64,000 bases of DNA from an uncultured Clostridia bacterium (GCA_964543295.1 CAZIXA010000009.1:6025-70024), one strand, 5' to 3'. Counted from the stretch's first letter, positions 50,322 through 59,800 are shown. Notes: generated by a model from the sequence alone, not told the origin. A program made the numbers and translations.

Positions 50322-51020
50322 TTAGTTCCATTTCAAATTTATTTCTATTTGTCTATCCTCGTGGCTGTACACCAAGACTTTTGGTCGTCTTAAACCTGGC
50401 ACTCCAATGTAATTTCCCAATACTAACGTCAAATCTATACTCATGAAATAACACGTAACACCCTTAAGATATTTGTTGCTTTTATCTTTTCTAAAATCGA
50501 ATCGCATGTGGTCTTTTGCCGGAACTGTATATTCTGTTCTTTCGCTGGAGTACAAACAAAAATATTCCGGCCAACTGCGTTGCTCAAAAAGAATCTCAAC
50601 AACTTCACGCGGAACCCTTCTGTCTTTGCCTCCATAGTTGCCGGAAGCAATTGCTCCGCACGCTACTTTTAGCAACCAACGCTCCAAGTCACGGCCATCA
50701 AAATTAAAACTCAATTGAGAAACATCAATGATTCCTTGAATTCCGCCTCTTGTGCAATGGTAAATAGTTTCAAAAAAGCGCTGTGCGCTGGAATCAATAG
50801 AGCTCAATTCACTATTGTGTTTTCGACAAAGGACTCTTGCCGTTAGGTTGCTTTTCATAAGTCGTTGCGCAGAATCCCGTTTTTGCCAGGGAAATCCCGA
50901 TACTATGAAAGAAACACCGCTCATTAAGTTAAAGATAGCTTCGGAAATGTAGTGCTCTCTTGACATTTTGGAATCACAGTTTCCCAGAATATTGGCATAG
51001 CATTTTTTGTTCGTTTTCAT
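50322..51020 (-). CDS. putative HNH-type nuclease (cassette gene)
   Basis: CY....C...SREHYIS...LCRKHNS.LS..D pattern. Confidence 0.55.
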   Translation of the reverse strand: MKTNKKCYANILGNCDSKMSREHYISEAIFNLMSGVSFIVSGFPWQKRDSAQRLMKSNLTARVLCRKHNSELSSIDSSAQRFFETIYHCTRGGIQGIIDVSQLSFNFDGRDLERWLLKVACGAIASGNYGGKDRRVPREVVEILFEQRSWPEYFCLYSSERTEYTVPAKDHMRFDFRKDKSNKYLKGVTCYFMSIDLTLVLGNYIGVPGLRRPKVLVYSHEDRQIEINLKWN

Positions 51021-51096
51021 CTTAGCGACCTGTCCCAATTGATAGTATCACTTCTGAAGCTAGAGTGACTGACCTAATGGTCCTAAGAGCAGGTCA

Positions 51097-51165
51097 AGAT
51101 TAAACCAAATCTCAGAACTTGTCAATCTGTTTGGACGGGTTTGGATGGGTTTGGTGTGGGGATTC
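51097..51165 (-). promoter_or_regulatory. promoter-like repeat, copy 4
   Basis: TTGACA-N17-TAATCT with spacer AGTTCTGAGATTTGGTT. Confidence 0.7.
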
Positions 51166-51189
51166 CTTTTTCGAAGCACACCTCAGCGT

Positions 51190-51798
51190 TTATGTTGCCT
51201 TATTTTTATTATATTCCCTTACTACTATGATTCCTCTGACTTGTTTATCTTCTGCAAGATTTTCACTAACCCATGTCAGATATTTTTGGATTTGACCGAC
51301 AACCTCGTACGAACCTTTGCCTTTTTTTTACTCTACTACAACAAAATTTCCATTTTTGTCTCTATATAAAATATCTATATTACCAACGGAAGTTGAGTAT
51401 TGATTCCCAATAAGTTCTAACCCTTCTTCCAAAACTCCAGGGTTTGATATTATAGATGCCTCAACTTCGGACTCCAGCACTTCATTGCTTTCTTTTACCT
51501 CTTCTTCAATCAGTTCTTCTAAACCCCATGTTTCTTCTACTATTTCAACTTCCTTCTCTTTTTTGATTTCAATTATTTTTTCCCTGAAATTTTTAATTGT
51601 TGGCAGACTCGCTTTATAAATTTCGATGCCTTCGTAAATGAAATTTGGAATAATGAGGTTTATACTAACCTTTCCTTTTCCGCTTACATAAAAAGTCCAA
51701 TAACCTATCCCTATTTTTACTAACTCGTCCCCAAATTGCCAGAAACTGTATTCCTGGTATTCCCAAAACGCAGATGGAAAAAAAAGAGAGCTATCCAA
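51190..51798 (-). pseudogene. NucS/EndoMS-like PD-(D/E)xK nuclease domain with premature stop
   Basis: GNIDIL..D..GNFVVVE*KKG...VVGQIQKY...VRGIIV; TAA falls inside the E-x-K motif. Confidence 0.75.
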
Positions 51799-51953
51799 AG
51801 AAGAGAGAGGTTGGTATGTGCCTGATTTGTTTAGTGAAAAACCGTGGCCAGGCCAAGATAACCTCTAACTTATTTAGAGATGTAAGAGTCACTGTTTTTA
51901 GTCGACGACCGGCTCTGGACTGATATGATGGGAATTATAAAGAATAAAGTTCT

Positions 51954-52238
51954 GTGGATATGAATAGACGCAAACTATTAAGAACACTAATTACAGAGGA
52001 TTTATGGAAAAAGCTATCTCCAGAAGAAGTTAGGCTATATCTTCTTCTTATAATTTCTATGGATGAGACAAAGGAAATAGGGGAACTAAGAAAACGGGAT
52101 ATTGAGAAATGCCTGAGATATAGTCTAACTGTTTGGCAATTAGAAAAGATTGGCCATGCTTTCCGAGAACTTAACTTAGCGGAGATAGGATATTCTAAGG
52201 GGAAATCAGAGATAAAATTTACACTTTTGACAGGGTAG
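51954..52238 (+). CDS. hypothetical protein (possible winged helix)
   Basis: 94-aa ORF, LWKKLSPEEVRLYLLL; family not recognised. Confidence 0.45.
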   Translation: MDMNRRKLLRTLITEDLWKKLSPEEVRLYLLLIISMDETKEIGELRKRDIEKCLRYSLTVWQLEKIGHAFRELNLAEIGYSKGKSEIKFTLLTG

Positions 52239-52280
52239 GAGATGAAAATTACTTGGAGTGTGAAATATACGCGGTGGGTC

Positions 52281-52377
52281 GGATAAATACCTAAATTGGC
52301 AGACATCCGAAATACTTCGGATATGCCATCAATTGGGTAGTGTATCCAAACTGCCTCGGATATAAAACGAGTTAGTC
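52281..52377 (+). other. attC-like long imperfect hairpin
   Basis: GGATA..TACCTAAATTGGCA..ATCCGA/TCGGATATGCCA..AATTGGGTA..TATCC followed by GTTAGTC. Confidence 0.45.
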
Positions 52378-52494
52378 GAAATGCCTCAAATAACATTGAA
52401 GGATAATAACTGTTCTATAAAATCAGATAAGGGTGCATGTCAAATTGCAGGGTAATAGGAAGGGCTAAATCTAACAACAAAAAAGGAGGGGAAA

Positions 52495-52773
52495 ATGCTA
52501 TACATGACCATTGTTACTTGGGAACCAGACAAAACGGAAGAGTTGATTAAAAGATATCAGCAAGTAGGAGCAAAATTTCCTAAGGGGATGAAAGTGATTA
52601 GCCAGCGGAGTGAGCTCCATGGTGGTCGAATTTTTCAGCTGAGTGAGGTACCTGCGCCTGATCCCAAAATTGTCATTGAAGCCTGCTCACCTTGGTACGA
52701 CCTTTGCAAGATGGAGTGTATTCCTGTCATGGAAACAGAAGAGCTGATGAAACTAATTCCACGTAGGCTTTAA
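52495..52773 (+). CDS. DUF3303-like small protein
   Basis: MLYMTIVTWEP, PKGMKVI, PWYDL..ME.IPVM; AGGAGG RBS. Confidence 0.7.
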   Translation: MLYMTIVTWEPDKTEELIKRYQQVGAKFPKGMKVISQRSELHGGRIFQLSEVPAPDPKIVIEACSPWYDLCKMECIPVMETEELMKLIPRRL

Positions 52774-52802
52774 AAATCATATCCAAATATAAAATTGCCT
52801 CC

Positions 52803-53107
52803 TTGGTATTGGTAGTACTGAATCCGTTGCTCCATACTCTTATGGCAAGGATTCATCCGCCTACTCCCGAGGAATTATTCAATATTTTTGCTAAAGCAAG
52901 GATGATGTTTCCGGAAGTTCCCATTCTTTTGAATTGTGCTTGTCCTGGGGGGAAGTATCGGCTAAAAATAGACAAATATGCTCTGCACGCAGGATTAAAT
53001 GGTATTGCTTATCCTGGAGAAGGGATACTCTCTTATGCAAAAAAAAAATTGGCCTCAAGCCAACTTTCTCTGAGTACTGCTGCTCATTAATATTCGAGGA
53101 ATTTTGA
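52803..53107 (+). pseudogene. radical SAM C-terminal remnant (LipS1-like)
   Basis: PPTPEE..ARMMFP..PILLNCACPGGKYR..ID..A..AG.NGIAYP, then FSEYCCS after an A-run frameshift. Confidence 0.6.
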
Positions 53108-53325
53108 AAGGAGTCTTCAGAATCCATAAGAGCGCTATATATTTGTAGAAAGGCCACTTTCCCCCTGTTGACAAAAAACTATGACCAAGAACGAAAACTT
53201 TAACTACCTTGTTCTTATAAATAAAAAGAAAGGCATTCTATTACGGCTTCCGGAGCTTTAAATCTTGCCAGTTATTTACCTTCCTCTTTATTTTACCTAA
53301 CGGTTTGCGAGTCATATCAGATTTT

Positions 53326-53628
53326 TTATGAGAATACCCTCTGATAGCTGGTTATAAAATCAATAAGTCTATCATAATCTACTACCTCAAAAATAGGAGG
53401 TATTTCCTTTAATGCTCGGGCATCCACATCTGCCTTAAGCATGTAAAGAGGTACTCCTTTGGCTTTGAGGTTCTTTACAGATGACCAGAGATTCTCCGGC
53501 CTTTTTTTTGCTATATAAATCCCTTCGTGAATAAAGACAACACCGTCACTGGGTTTAACCCACTTTAATGGCATAAGAGATTCACTAATCACAAATGGTG
53601 ATTCCTTAACAATAAATAGAGTATCCAT
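53326..53628 (-). CDS. dsrH: DsrH/TusB-family sulfur relay protein
   Basis: TLFIVKESP, VVFIHEGIY, ADVDARAL, VVDYD..IDF; last gene of a DsrEFH trio. Confidence 0.8.
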   Translation of the reverse strand: MDTLFIVKESPFVISESLMPLKWVKPSDGVVFIHEGIYIAKKRPENLWSSVKNLKAKGVPLYMLKADVDARALKEIPPIFEVVDYDRLIDFITSYQRVFS

Positions 53629-53655
53629 GTTGCCTCCTTTTAGAAAGTCATAATG

Positions 53656-54971
53656 TCCCTTTCACCAAATTCGGAAACCCGCTTTATTGCAGTATTTTCA
53701 AGTACCTTGTTTTTCCTTTTGCCCTCCTATGTCAAAACCCTTGCTGGGTGAGGGTTTTAAAGACCAATTTTTCAATTTTTACCAAACTTTGTACCCTTTT
53801 GGAGGGGATGGAGGGCAAAAATTTTCCCTGTCACATTTCGTGAAAACCTACCAAATTTTCAACCTAGATTTTACGAGGTTCCTTTTTTGATCTTCCTGAG
53901 GAAATTTTGATTTTTTACCTCCTTTCTCTCCTGTGGTATCATTTTTTAAGAGAAAATCTTTCGCCTTTCACAAAATTGGAAGATGGAGGATGAAATTGAG
54001 ACAAAAACTTCTATTCCATCCAGAGGCCTTATCCAAAGATCGATTAAAAAAGTTTGAACTGTTTTTCGACACTTTAGATCTTAGAGCTCCACAAAAACCA
54101 AGATCAAAAGGTAGACGCCCTACAGATAAGATGAGCATTGTCCGAGCCTTGATCTTCAAGAACCTGCGAGGACTTCCCATGTTAACTGATCTTGCGGTAG
54201 AGCTTCTTGAACGACCTTCCTTGGCCCACATTTTAGGATTTGAGCCTGGTTTAGTTCCACCGGTAGAAAGATTCTCCCATTTTCTACGAGTTGAGAATAA
54301 CAATTTCCTGCAAGGAATAAGAGAGGATCTCGTTAAACGTCTTGTATCCTTGGGTCTTTCCCCTATGGCAGCTGTTGGAGACTCTGAACTTGATGCATCT
54401 CCCATTCTTGAGTACATCTTGAATACCATGAATGCAAAACCTGTAATTGCCAAAAATCCACGCGGTGGTGCTCCCTCTACTACCAAACTCTCATCTAAGG
54501 GTGTTCCCATTTGCCTTGCAGGTTTTGAGATGGCATCCAGAGGAAGATTCTATGATAGAAAGCAAAAGAGGTGGCGTCATAAGTTCATCTGTCCTATCCG
54601 CGCATCAAAGAAGTTCTCTAAAAAGCAACCTTATTGTCCTTGGTTCCACCCTAAGTTTACAGAAAGTACTGGCTGCTACAGGTACATTAGAATAGACGTA
54701 GATGATACAGTCAGACACAGAATCGATTATAGGTCAGAGGAATTTAAGAGAATCTACAACCTGCGTACAAGCTCTGAGAGGGTATTCTCCCGTCTTTTAT
54801 CTGTGCTAATGCAGGAACCATTCGTAAAGGGACTAACCTCAGCAGCCAACAGTTGTACCCTTGCTCACATTACTGTCCTTGCCGTTGCTTACTTTGCCAC
54901 AGTTGTGAAAGAGCAAGACAAAATACGATTCGTCAAAAGTTTCATTCAAAATTTCTAATTTTGTGAAGCCC
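53656..54971 (+). mobile_element. insertion sequence with 15-bp flanking direct repeats
   Basis: TAGAAAGTCATAATG at 53641-53655 and 54972-54986; imperfect inverted ends TTCACCAAATTCGGAAA / TTTCTAATTTTGTGAA. Confidence 0.85.
53933..54958 (+). pseudogene. DDE transposase (IS4/IS5/IS1182-like), apparently internally deleted
   Basis: GRRP..K.SIVRALIFK, AVGDS..D, YNLRTSSERVFSRL; first catalytic Asp segment appears absent. Confidence 0.7.
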
Positions 54972-55333
54972 TAGAAAGTCATAATGACATCAGATGATCC
55001 GATAAGATCCGTGACTTCATCGTCTGTAAGAAGATCTACTTTTCTAATTTCACTCTCACTTATGGCTCTTTTCTCCAGGGACGGTTTATGAGCGAATAGC
55101 TTGATATCAAAATCTTCAAGATCCTGGAAAGCCAACTCAAAGCTTTGCATCTCTAAACCGGAAGGGTTCTGCCCTTCAAGAAGAAAATAGACCCCATCAT
55201 TAACCAACAAGATTGAACTTTCAACATCCTCTCCGCTTAACCCCACGGCTGCCCTTTTTGCCTCATAGGTACAGATACCACAGAGAGTGCCGTAGGGAGA
55301 AGATTTAACTATCAATAAGGTTTTCTTGGCCAT
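54971..55333 (-). CDS. dsrF: DsrF/TusC-family protein
   Basis: SSPYG, LVNDGVY.L..GQNP, SLEKR, DVIMTF. Confidence 0.8.
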   Translation of the reverse strand: MAKKTLLIVKSSPYGTLCGICTYEAKRAAVGLSGEDVESSILLVNDGVYFLLEGQNPSGLEMQSFELAFQDLEDFDIKLFAHKPSLEKRAISESEIRKVDLLTDDEVTDLIGSSDVIMTF

Positions 55334-55347
55334 TTATCCCTCCTTTT

Positions 55348-55698
55348 TTAGAAACCGAGAGAGATGTATCTTTTGGAACTTTTTACCAGTTCACCAAATT
55401 TTGGTAGTCCACCCCTGGTGACTCCAGATACCATCATCTTCTTTTTTACACCTCTGTACTGCATACAGACACCGCAACCTACTACCTCTACCCCAAGTGA
55501 GGCAAGCTCTTCCATCATCTTTCCTATATCCCGATCGCCAGAGGGTTTTATGTTGGCGTTAATGTTGTAAGAACCATCCATGTAGAGAAAAAGAGAGCAA
55601 GAGTGTCCCTTTTTAATCGCCGCCTTTATAAGATTGTAGGCAGTATCAATATTCTCAAAGGTGTAAGGTCCTGTTTGCACCATGAAACCAATCTTCAT
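55348..55698 (-). CDS. dsrE: DsrE/TusD-family sulfurtransferase
   Basis: TGPY, LFLYMDG, CGVCMQYRG. Confidence 0.85.
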   Translation of the reverse strand: MKIGFMVQTGPYTFENIDTAYNLIKAAIKKGHSCSLFLYMDGSYNINANIKPSGDRDIGKMMEELASLGVEVVGCGVCMQYRGVKKKMMVSGVTRGGLPKFGELVKSSKRYISLGF

Positions 55699-55999
55699 CT
55701 TTTCCTCCTTGTTTTCATGGGTATCGTCAAAAATTCTTTCCTTTCTTTATTTGCACCAAAATCTTTCATGGTTTGTTTGACACCACCTTACAAAAACCTT
55801 TAAACTCCCTTTTGGAGGATTAGTAGCCCATAGGCCTCTTCAAAGAGCAAGGTATCCCTAAGTTTCTCGAGATTGGCGGGCTACGGTCTTAGAACCTACC
55901 ACGGTGCTCACTCCTCCAACTTTGGTTGTACCTTGGGCCACTGCATCACTTCCTCACTTCACCCTCTGTCAGATCTTCAGCGCAGACACTGCACCTCAA

Positions 56000-57046
56000 T
56001 TAGCCGCATCCACCGCCCGAGGACTCTGGTGTCGTTTCTGTCGGTGAGGAGCTTACAAAGGGATAATCCATGCTGTTGACCGGGTCAAACCTATAAGGTG
56101 CCACCTCCTCGTTTTTGGTCCATCCGGTCATTCCCCAATGAAGGTTGACCGCATTGTAACCGAGAACGTTCAAAATAGCCGTAGCCTGACTGGCAGTGCG
56201 GCCGGTGTAGCAGTAGAGTACAATTTTCCTATCCGGAGGGAGTTTTTTCAAATTGGACTTCTTGGCTATCTCCCGCCAGGGTATGTTAATGGCCCCGGGG
56301 ATATGGCCCTTGGCATAGTCCTCTGGGTTACGCACACTGACGATCAGGGGATCGTTGGCCGGGTCCTCATCAATCAGCAGCTCGGACAGCTCCTTGGCTG
56401 AGATATCTGGGTGTTCAGTGCTGGTATAGAGATAGCAGGCCGCCCGGATAGTTTCTCTTTTTAGGGATGAGGAGGTGTTATCCACCGTGGGGAAGGAGTA
56501 AGTTTCAGTGGGTTCGTTGACTTTAGTCTCAAGCGGATAATCCATAGGGGTTTTCTCCGGGTCAAAACGGTAGGGAGCTACCTCGGTATCTTTGGTCCAT
56601 CCGGTCATCCCCCACTTGAGGTTGACGGCATCAAAGCCAGCTAAGTTAAGAAGAGCTACAACCCGGCTTCCAGTATGACCAGTGTAGCAGTAGACCACGA
56701 TTTGTCTGTCTTTGGGAAGCTTGCCCAGGTTCTCAGACTTAAACACCTCGGCCATAGGTATATTAACTGCTCCGGGGATATGGCCCTTGGCATAGATAGC
56801 AGGTGCCCTGATGCTGAGTATGAAGGGGTCGTTGTCCGGGTTACCATCAAGCTTATTGGACATCACATCTTTTGAAGAGATATTGGCTGGTTTGCCAGCG
56901 CTCAGGTAGGTATTTGCCGCATCAGCAAGGACATCAAACTCTGATGCCTGCAAACCTATAGCCAATACCGGTATAAGCACCAGCAAGACAATCCCGCATA
57001 GGAGCAGGATACCCCGCTTAGTTCTTCCTTCCTTTAGTCCTAACAT
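56000..57046 (-). CDS. exported tandem-domain rhodanese with C-terminal GGGCG tail
   Basis: N-terminal hydrophobic signal; two YAKGHIPGA.NIP repeats and two CYTG active loops. Confidence 0.9.
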   Translation of the reverse strand: MLGLKEGRTKRGILLLCGIVLLVLIPVLAIGLQASEFDVLADAANTYLSAGKPANISSKDVMSNKLDGNPDNDPFILSIRAPAIYAKGHIPGAVNIPMAEVFKSENLGKLPKDRQIVVYCYTGHTGSRVVALLNLAGFDAVNLKWGMTGWTKDTEVAPYRFDPEKTPMDYPLETKVNEPTETYSFPTVDNTSSSLKRETIRAACYLYTSTEHPDISAKELSELLIDEDPANDPLIVSVRNPEDYAKGHIPGAINIPWREIAKKSNLKKLPPDRKIVLYCYTGRTASQATAILNVLGYNAVNLHWGMTGWTKNEEVAPYRFDPVNSMDYPFVSSSPTETTPESSGGGCG

Positions 57047-57107
57047 TTGAACCCTCCTTTAGTTTGGAATTTTTGACAATCTCCACATACACACTTCATA
57101 CCTTTAA

Positions 57108-58133
57108 TTATCTCATAAGCAGCAGATACGCCGCTAACCAGCATCCCAGGATGATGAAGCTACCACCAAGTAGGGAACTCAGTGCCAGTTGAGGTACTCC
57201 ACTTAAAATGTGACTTATGTTACATCCCATCTGGCACACAGCTCCAAAGCCCATCAAGCATCCACCAAAGAAGCACTGAATTAGTACTCTCGGTGCTGGT
57301 GCCCGAAGTTTAAACTCACCAGCCAACAGAGCAGCAACACAGGCGCCCACAATGGTAGCCAAAAGTTGCATAGATAACCAGGAGAGGAAGTTCTGACCCA
57401 TAATCAAGGTTTTCACAGTTGTAAGATATCCTCCAGTGATAGCCAGGGGATAGTTTCGTCCAGCCTGTGATGAGGCATAGAAGGCAATTATCCCTATGAT
57501 ACCCATTACAATTCCTGTTGCCGTCCACCCCCAGCCCTTTTTAAAAATCCTGGCACCCAGTGACACAACTTCCTCTTTTTTCTCCTTAGTGCTGGGAGCG
57601 CCAAAGACAGCCCAGAGAATGAGGGCCACACCAGCAATCCCAAAGGCAAAGGTATAGTGCGGGAGATGAAGCACATTAGCAACTGTGAGATTTACTCCTC
57701 CAGGTTGAGTTATTCTGGTGTTCTGGAAAAAGCCCACTACTGGCCTAAGAATACCCATAGAGCTCATCAGTCCCACAAGTGTCAAACCCGCCACTGCGGA
57801 CATGGCACCCACCATACCTTCTCCAAAGCGGTAGGTAATTCCACTGGCACATCCCCCGGCCACCACCATACCCATGCCAAAGATAAAACCACCAACCATA
57901 TTGGCGCCCCACATGAAGGGGAGGGGGTTTAGATCTATCACCCCGGCCAGGTTCAGGACTTCAAACCCTACCATCTCAACCACTATCGCCACCCCCACTG
58001 CTTTCAGGAGCGTATAATCCCTCATTAGAATGATGTCTCTGAAGGCGGAGTTCATGCAGAACCTTCCTCTCTGTAGAGCAAAGCCAAAGGCAAATCCTAT
58101 AGGAAGTCCGGTGAATACAAGAGGATTCATCAT
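57108..58133 (-). CDS. yeeE: YeeE/YedE thiosulfate/sulfur transporter
   Basis: RGRFC, GGCASG, MGCNI: the three conserved Cys motifs; multi-TM. Confidence 0.92.
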   Translation of the reverse strand: MMNPLVFTGLPIGFAFGFALQRGRFCMNSAFRDIILMRDYTLLKAVGVAIVVEMVGFEVLNLAGVIDLNPLPFMWGANMVGGFIFGMGMVVAGGCASGITYRFGEGMVGAMSAVAGLTLVGLMSSMGILRPVVGFFQNTRITQPGGVNLTVANVLHLPHYTFAFGIAGVALILWAVFGAPSTKEKKEEVVSLGARIFKKGWGWTATGIVMGIIGIIAFYASSQAGRNYPLAITGGYLTTVKTLIMGQNFLSWLSMQLLATIVGACVAALLAGEFKLRAPAPRVLIQCFFGGCLMGFGAVCQMGCNISHILSGVPQLALSSLLGGSFIILGCWLAAYLLLMR

Positions 58134-58378
58134 TCACCCCCTTTAACTTCTATTAGAATCCTGTGCTCAGGACCCTCAATTTTTTCTACACTCAACACCT
58201 TGTGCCCCTCTTTTTCCGCGGTCCTGGGGATGCGTTCTACTGAAAGGGGATAGTCAGTTAAAACCTCAAGAATTTGTCCTTTTTCCATTTTCTTCAACGT
58301 TTTCTTGGTTTTTACATCCGGATAGGGACAGATTTCTCCTTTTGTATCAAGCGTTTTGTCAGGTCTAATCTCTGCCAT
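58130..58378 (-). CDS. tusA: TusA/YeeD sulfurtransferase
   Basis: LDTKGEICPYP, LEVLTD. Confidence 0.92.
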   Translation of the reverse strand: MAEIRPDKTLDTKGEICPYPDVKTKKTLKKMEKGQILEVLTDYPLSVERIPRTAEKEGHKVLSVEKIEGPEHRILIEVKGGE

Positions 58379-58499
58379 TTCTCTCCTCCTTTTTTTTTCT
58401 TAGTATTGTCAAAAATTCTTGAGGTTATTTAAGAACCTCTATCCTTGTATTTTTCATTCATTTCAATCCACCAAAATTCCAAACAACCTACTTAACCAG

Positions 58500-58610
58500 G
58501 TAATTTTGTATCTATTCAAGGACATGGTTCATTCTTTTGTCGAAAGTTTCCAGACGAGAAAATAATCTTTCAACACTTTTTCTTGGAAACTTCCTTTATC
58601 CCAAGCTGGA
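58500..58610 (-). pseudogene. short transposase remnant
   Basis: RKSVERLFSRL resembles the DDE C-terminal motif. Confidence 0.35.
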
Positions 58611-58774
58611 TTGACCTGCCTGTTTTTGACCTCCGTCCTGGCCTTAATCTCCAGCTTCTTATCTTAAAACATATCTATCCTGTATTTTATTATAATCGTT
58701 TTTTTTTGCAAGTGCGGCTGAAATTAAAAACGTAAGTTAGCTACTTCCTTTTCTATGAGCTGTTTTTTGAGGTA

Positions 58775-59800
58775 CTAAGCAGTCGAGTCTGGGTCTATTT
58801 TAAAATCTTTATTCTCTGAGAAAATAAGTTCTGACCAATCATCGATTGGAAGATCCAGTCCTTCAAGCTGAGCAGGAGATGACCCTCTGCGTTTTCCTCT
58901 GGGGAATTTTCTGAAGTTATGCCTTAAGGTGAAAAGATCAAAGTGAGCTTGTGCTCCCCCTCGAATTTGGAACTGTTTCATTACCTTGTACTGAGGCTTA
59001 AAGAGGCTAAATACAATTTCAGCCGCATTGTTGGTATTATCTATTCCCCTTTCGGGGAGTTTCTTGTAGAGGAAAAGATCCTTTGAATTTTTTTCGATAA
59101 ACCCCAGCATGGGTTGTGTCCATTCTCTTTTTTTCCCTGGTGTAAAAGAGCTTAAGTTCTCTTTTTATCTGACCTATCTCAGAGTTTATCTTGCCTATAT
59201 TGTCCTCTTCAAATAGCAAGCCGAATCTTTTCTTTATCCTTACCATATATTCTGAAAAGAACTTGTCCTTCTTGGCCTCAACTGGAAGATCCCTTATGAT
59301 CCTTGCAATACCTCCTCTCCCATGAGTTGTGCAAAGCTGGTGCAGGCAAGCTTTAAAATAGCCTGCAACTGTTCTGTAAGTAGGCAGAAGATCGGTTATG
59401 AGAAGGTTAAGGTTGAATCCTTCCTGTCTGTATCCTAAGAAGCTTTCTATACTGGCCTCATCTATAGCGCAATGGGAGATACCTGCTAAGAATCTTACCT
59501 TTAAGTTAACCTCCCTTGCAAGAGAGGATGCCCTCATAAGCTCGGTGTAGATGAACTCTAAGCTTACATCTACATACAGGATCTTTCCGATACAATCCTG
59601 GAGGGCTCTTAGAGATGCTTTCCCATCAGTTCGAAGTATCCCAATGGCTCTTTTTACCTCCCATTTTATGTGGGTGTGGATGCCCCCTTTTTTTCTATAT
59701 GGAGGCTTTTCTTTTGTAAGCTGCCGTCTTTTGCTTCATCAGCGATGGGTAAGAGTACAATTTCTATCATTAAGTTCTGGTTGAGCAATTTGAGGCAAAG
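58775..59800 (-). mobile_element. fragmented DDE transposase
   Basis: AIDE, LITDLLPTY, HQLCTTH, TNNAAE..FS, HNFR..G.SPAQL across frameshifted ORFs. Confidence 0.7.

Noticed and set aside
48297-51165. CRISPR array from the recurring 24-bp repeat
   Set aside because: Copies are 0.5-1.2 kb apart with genes between them; no cas genes
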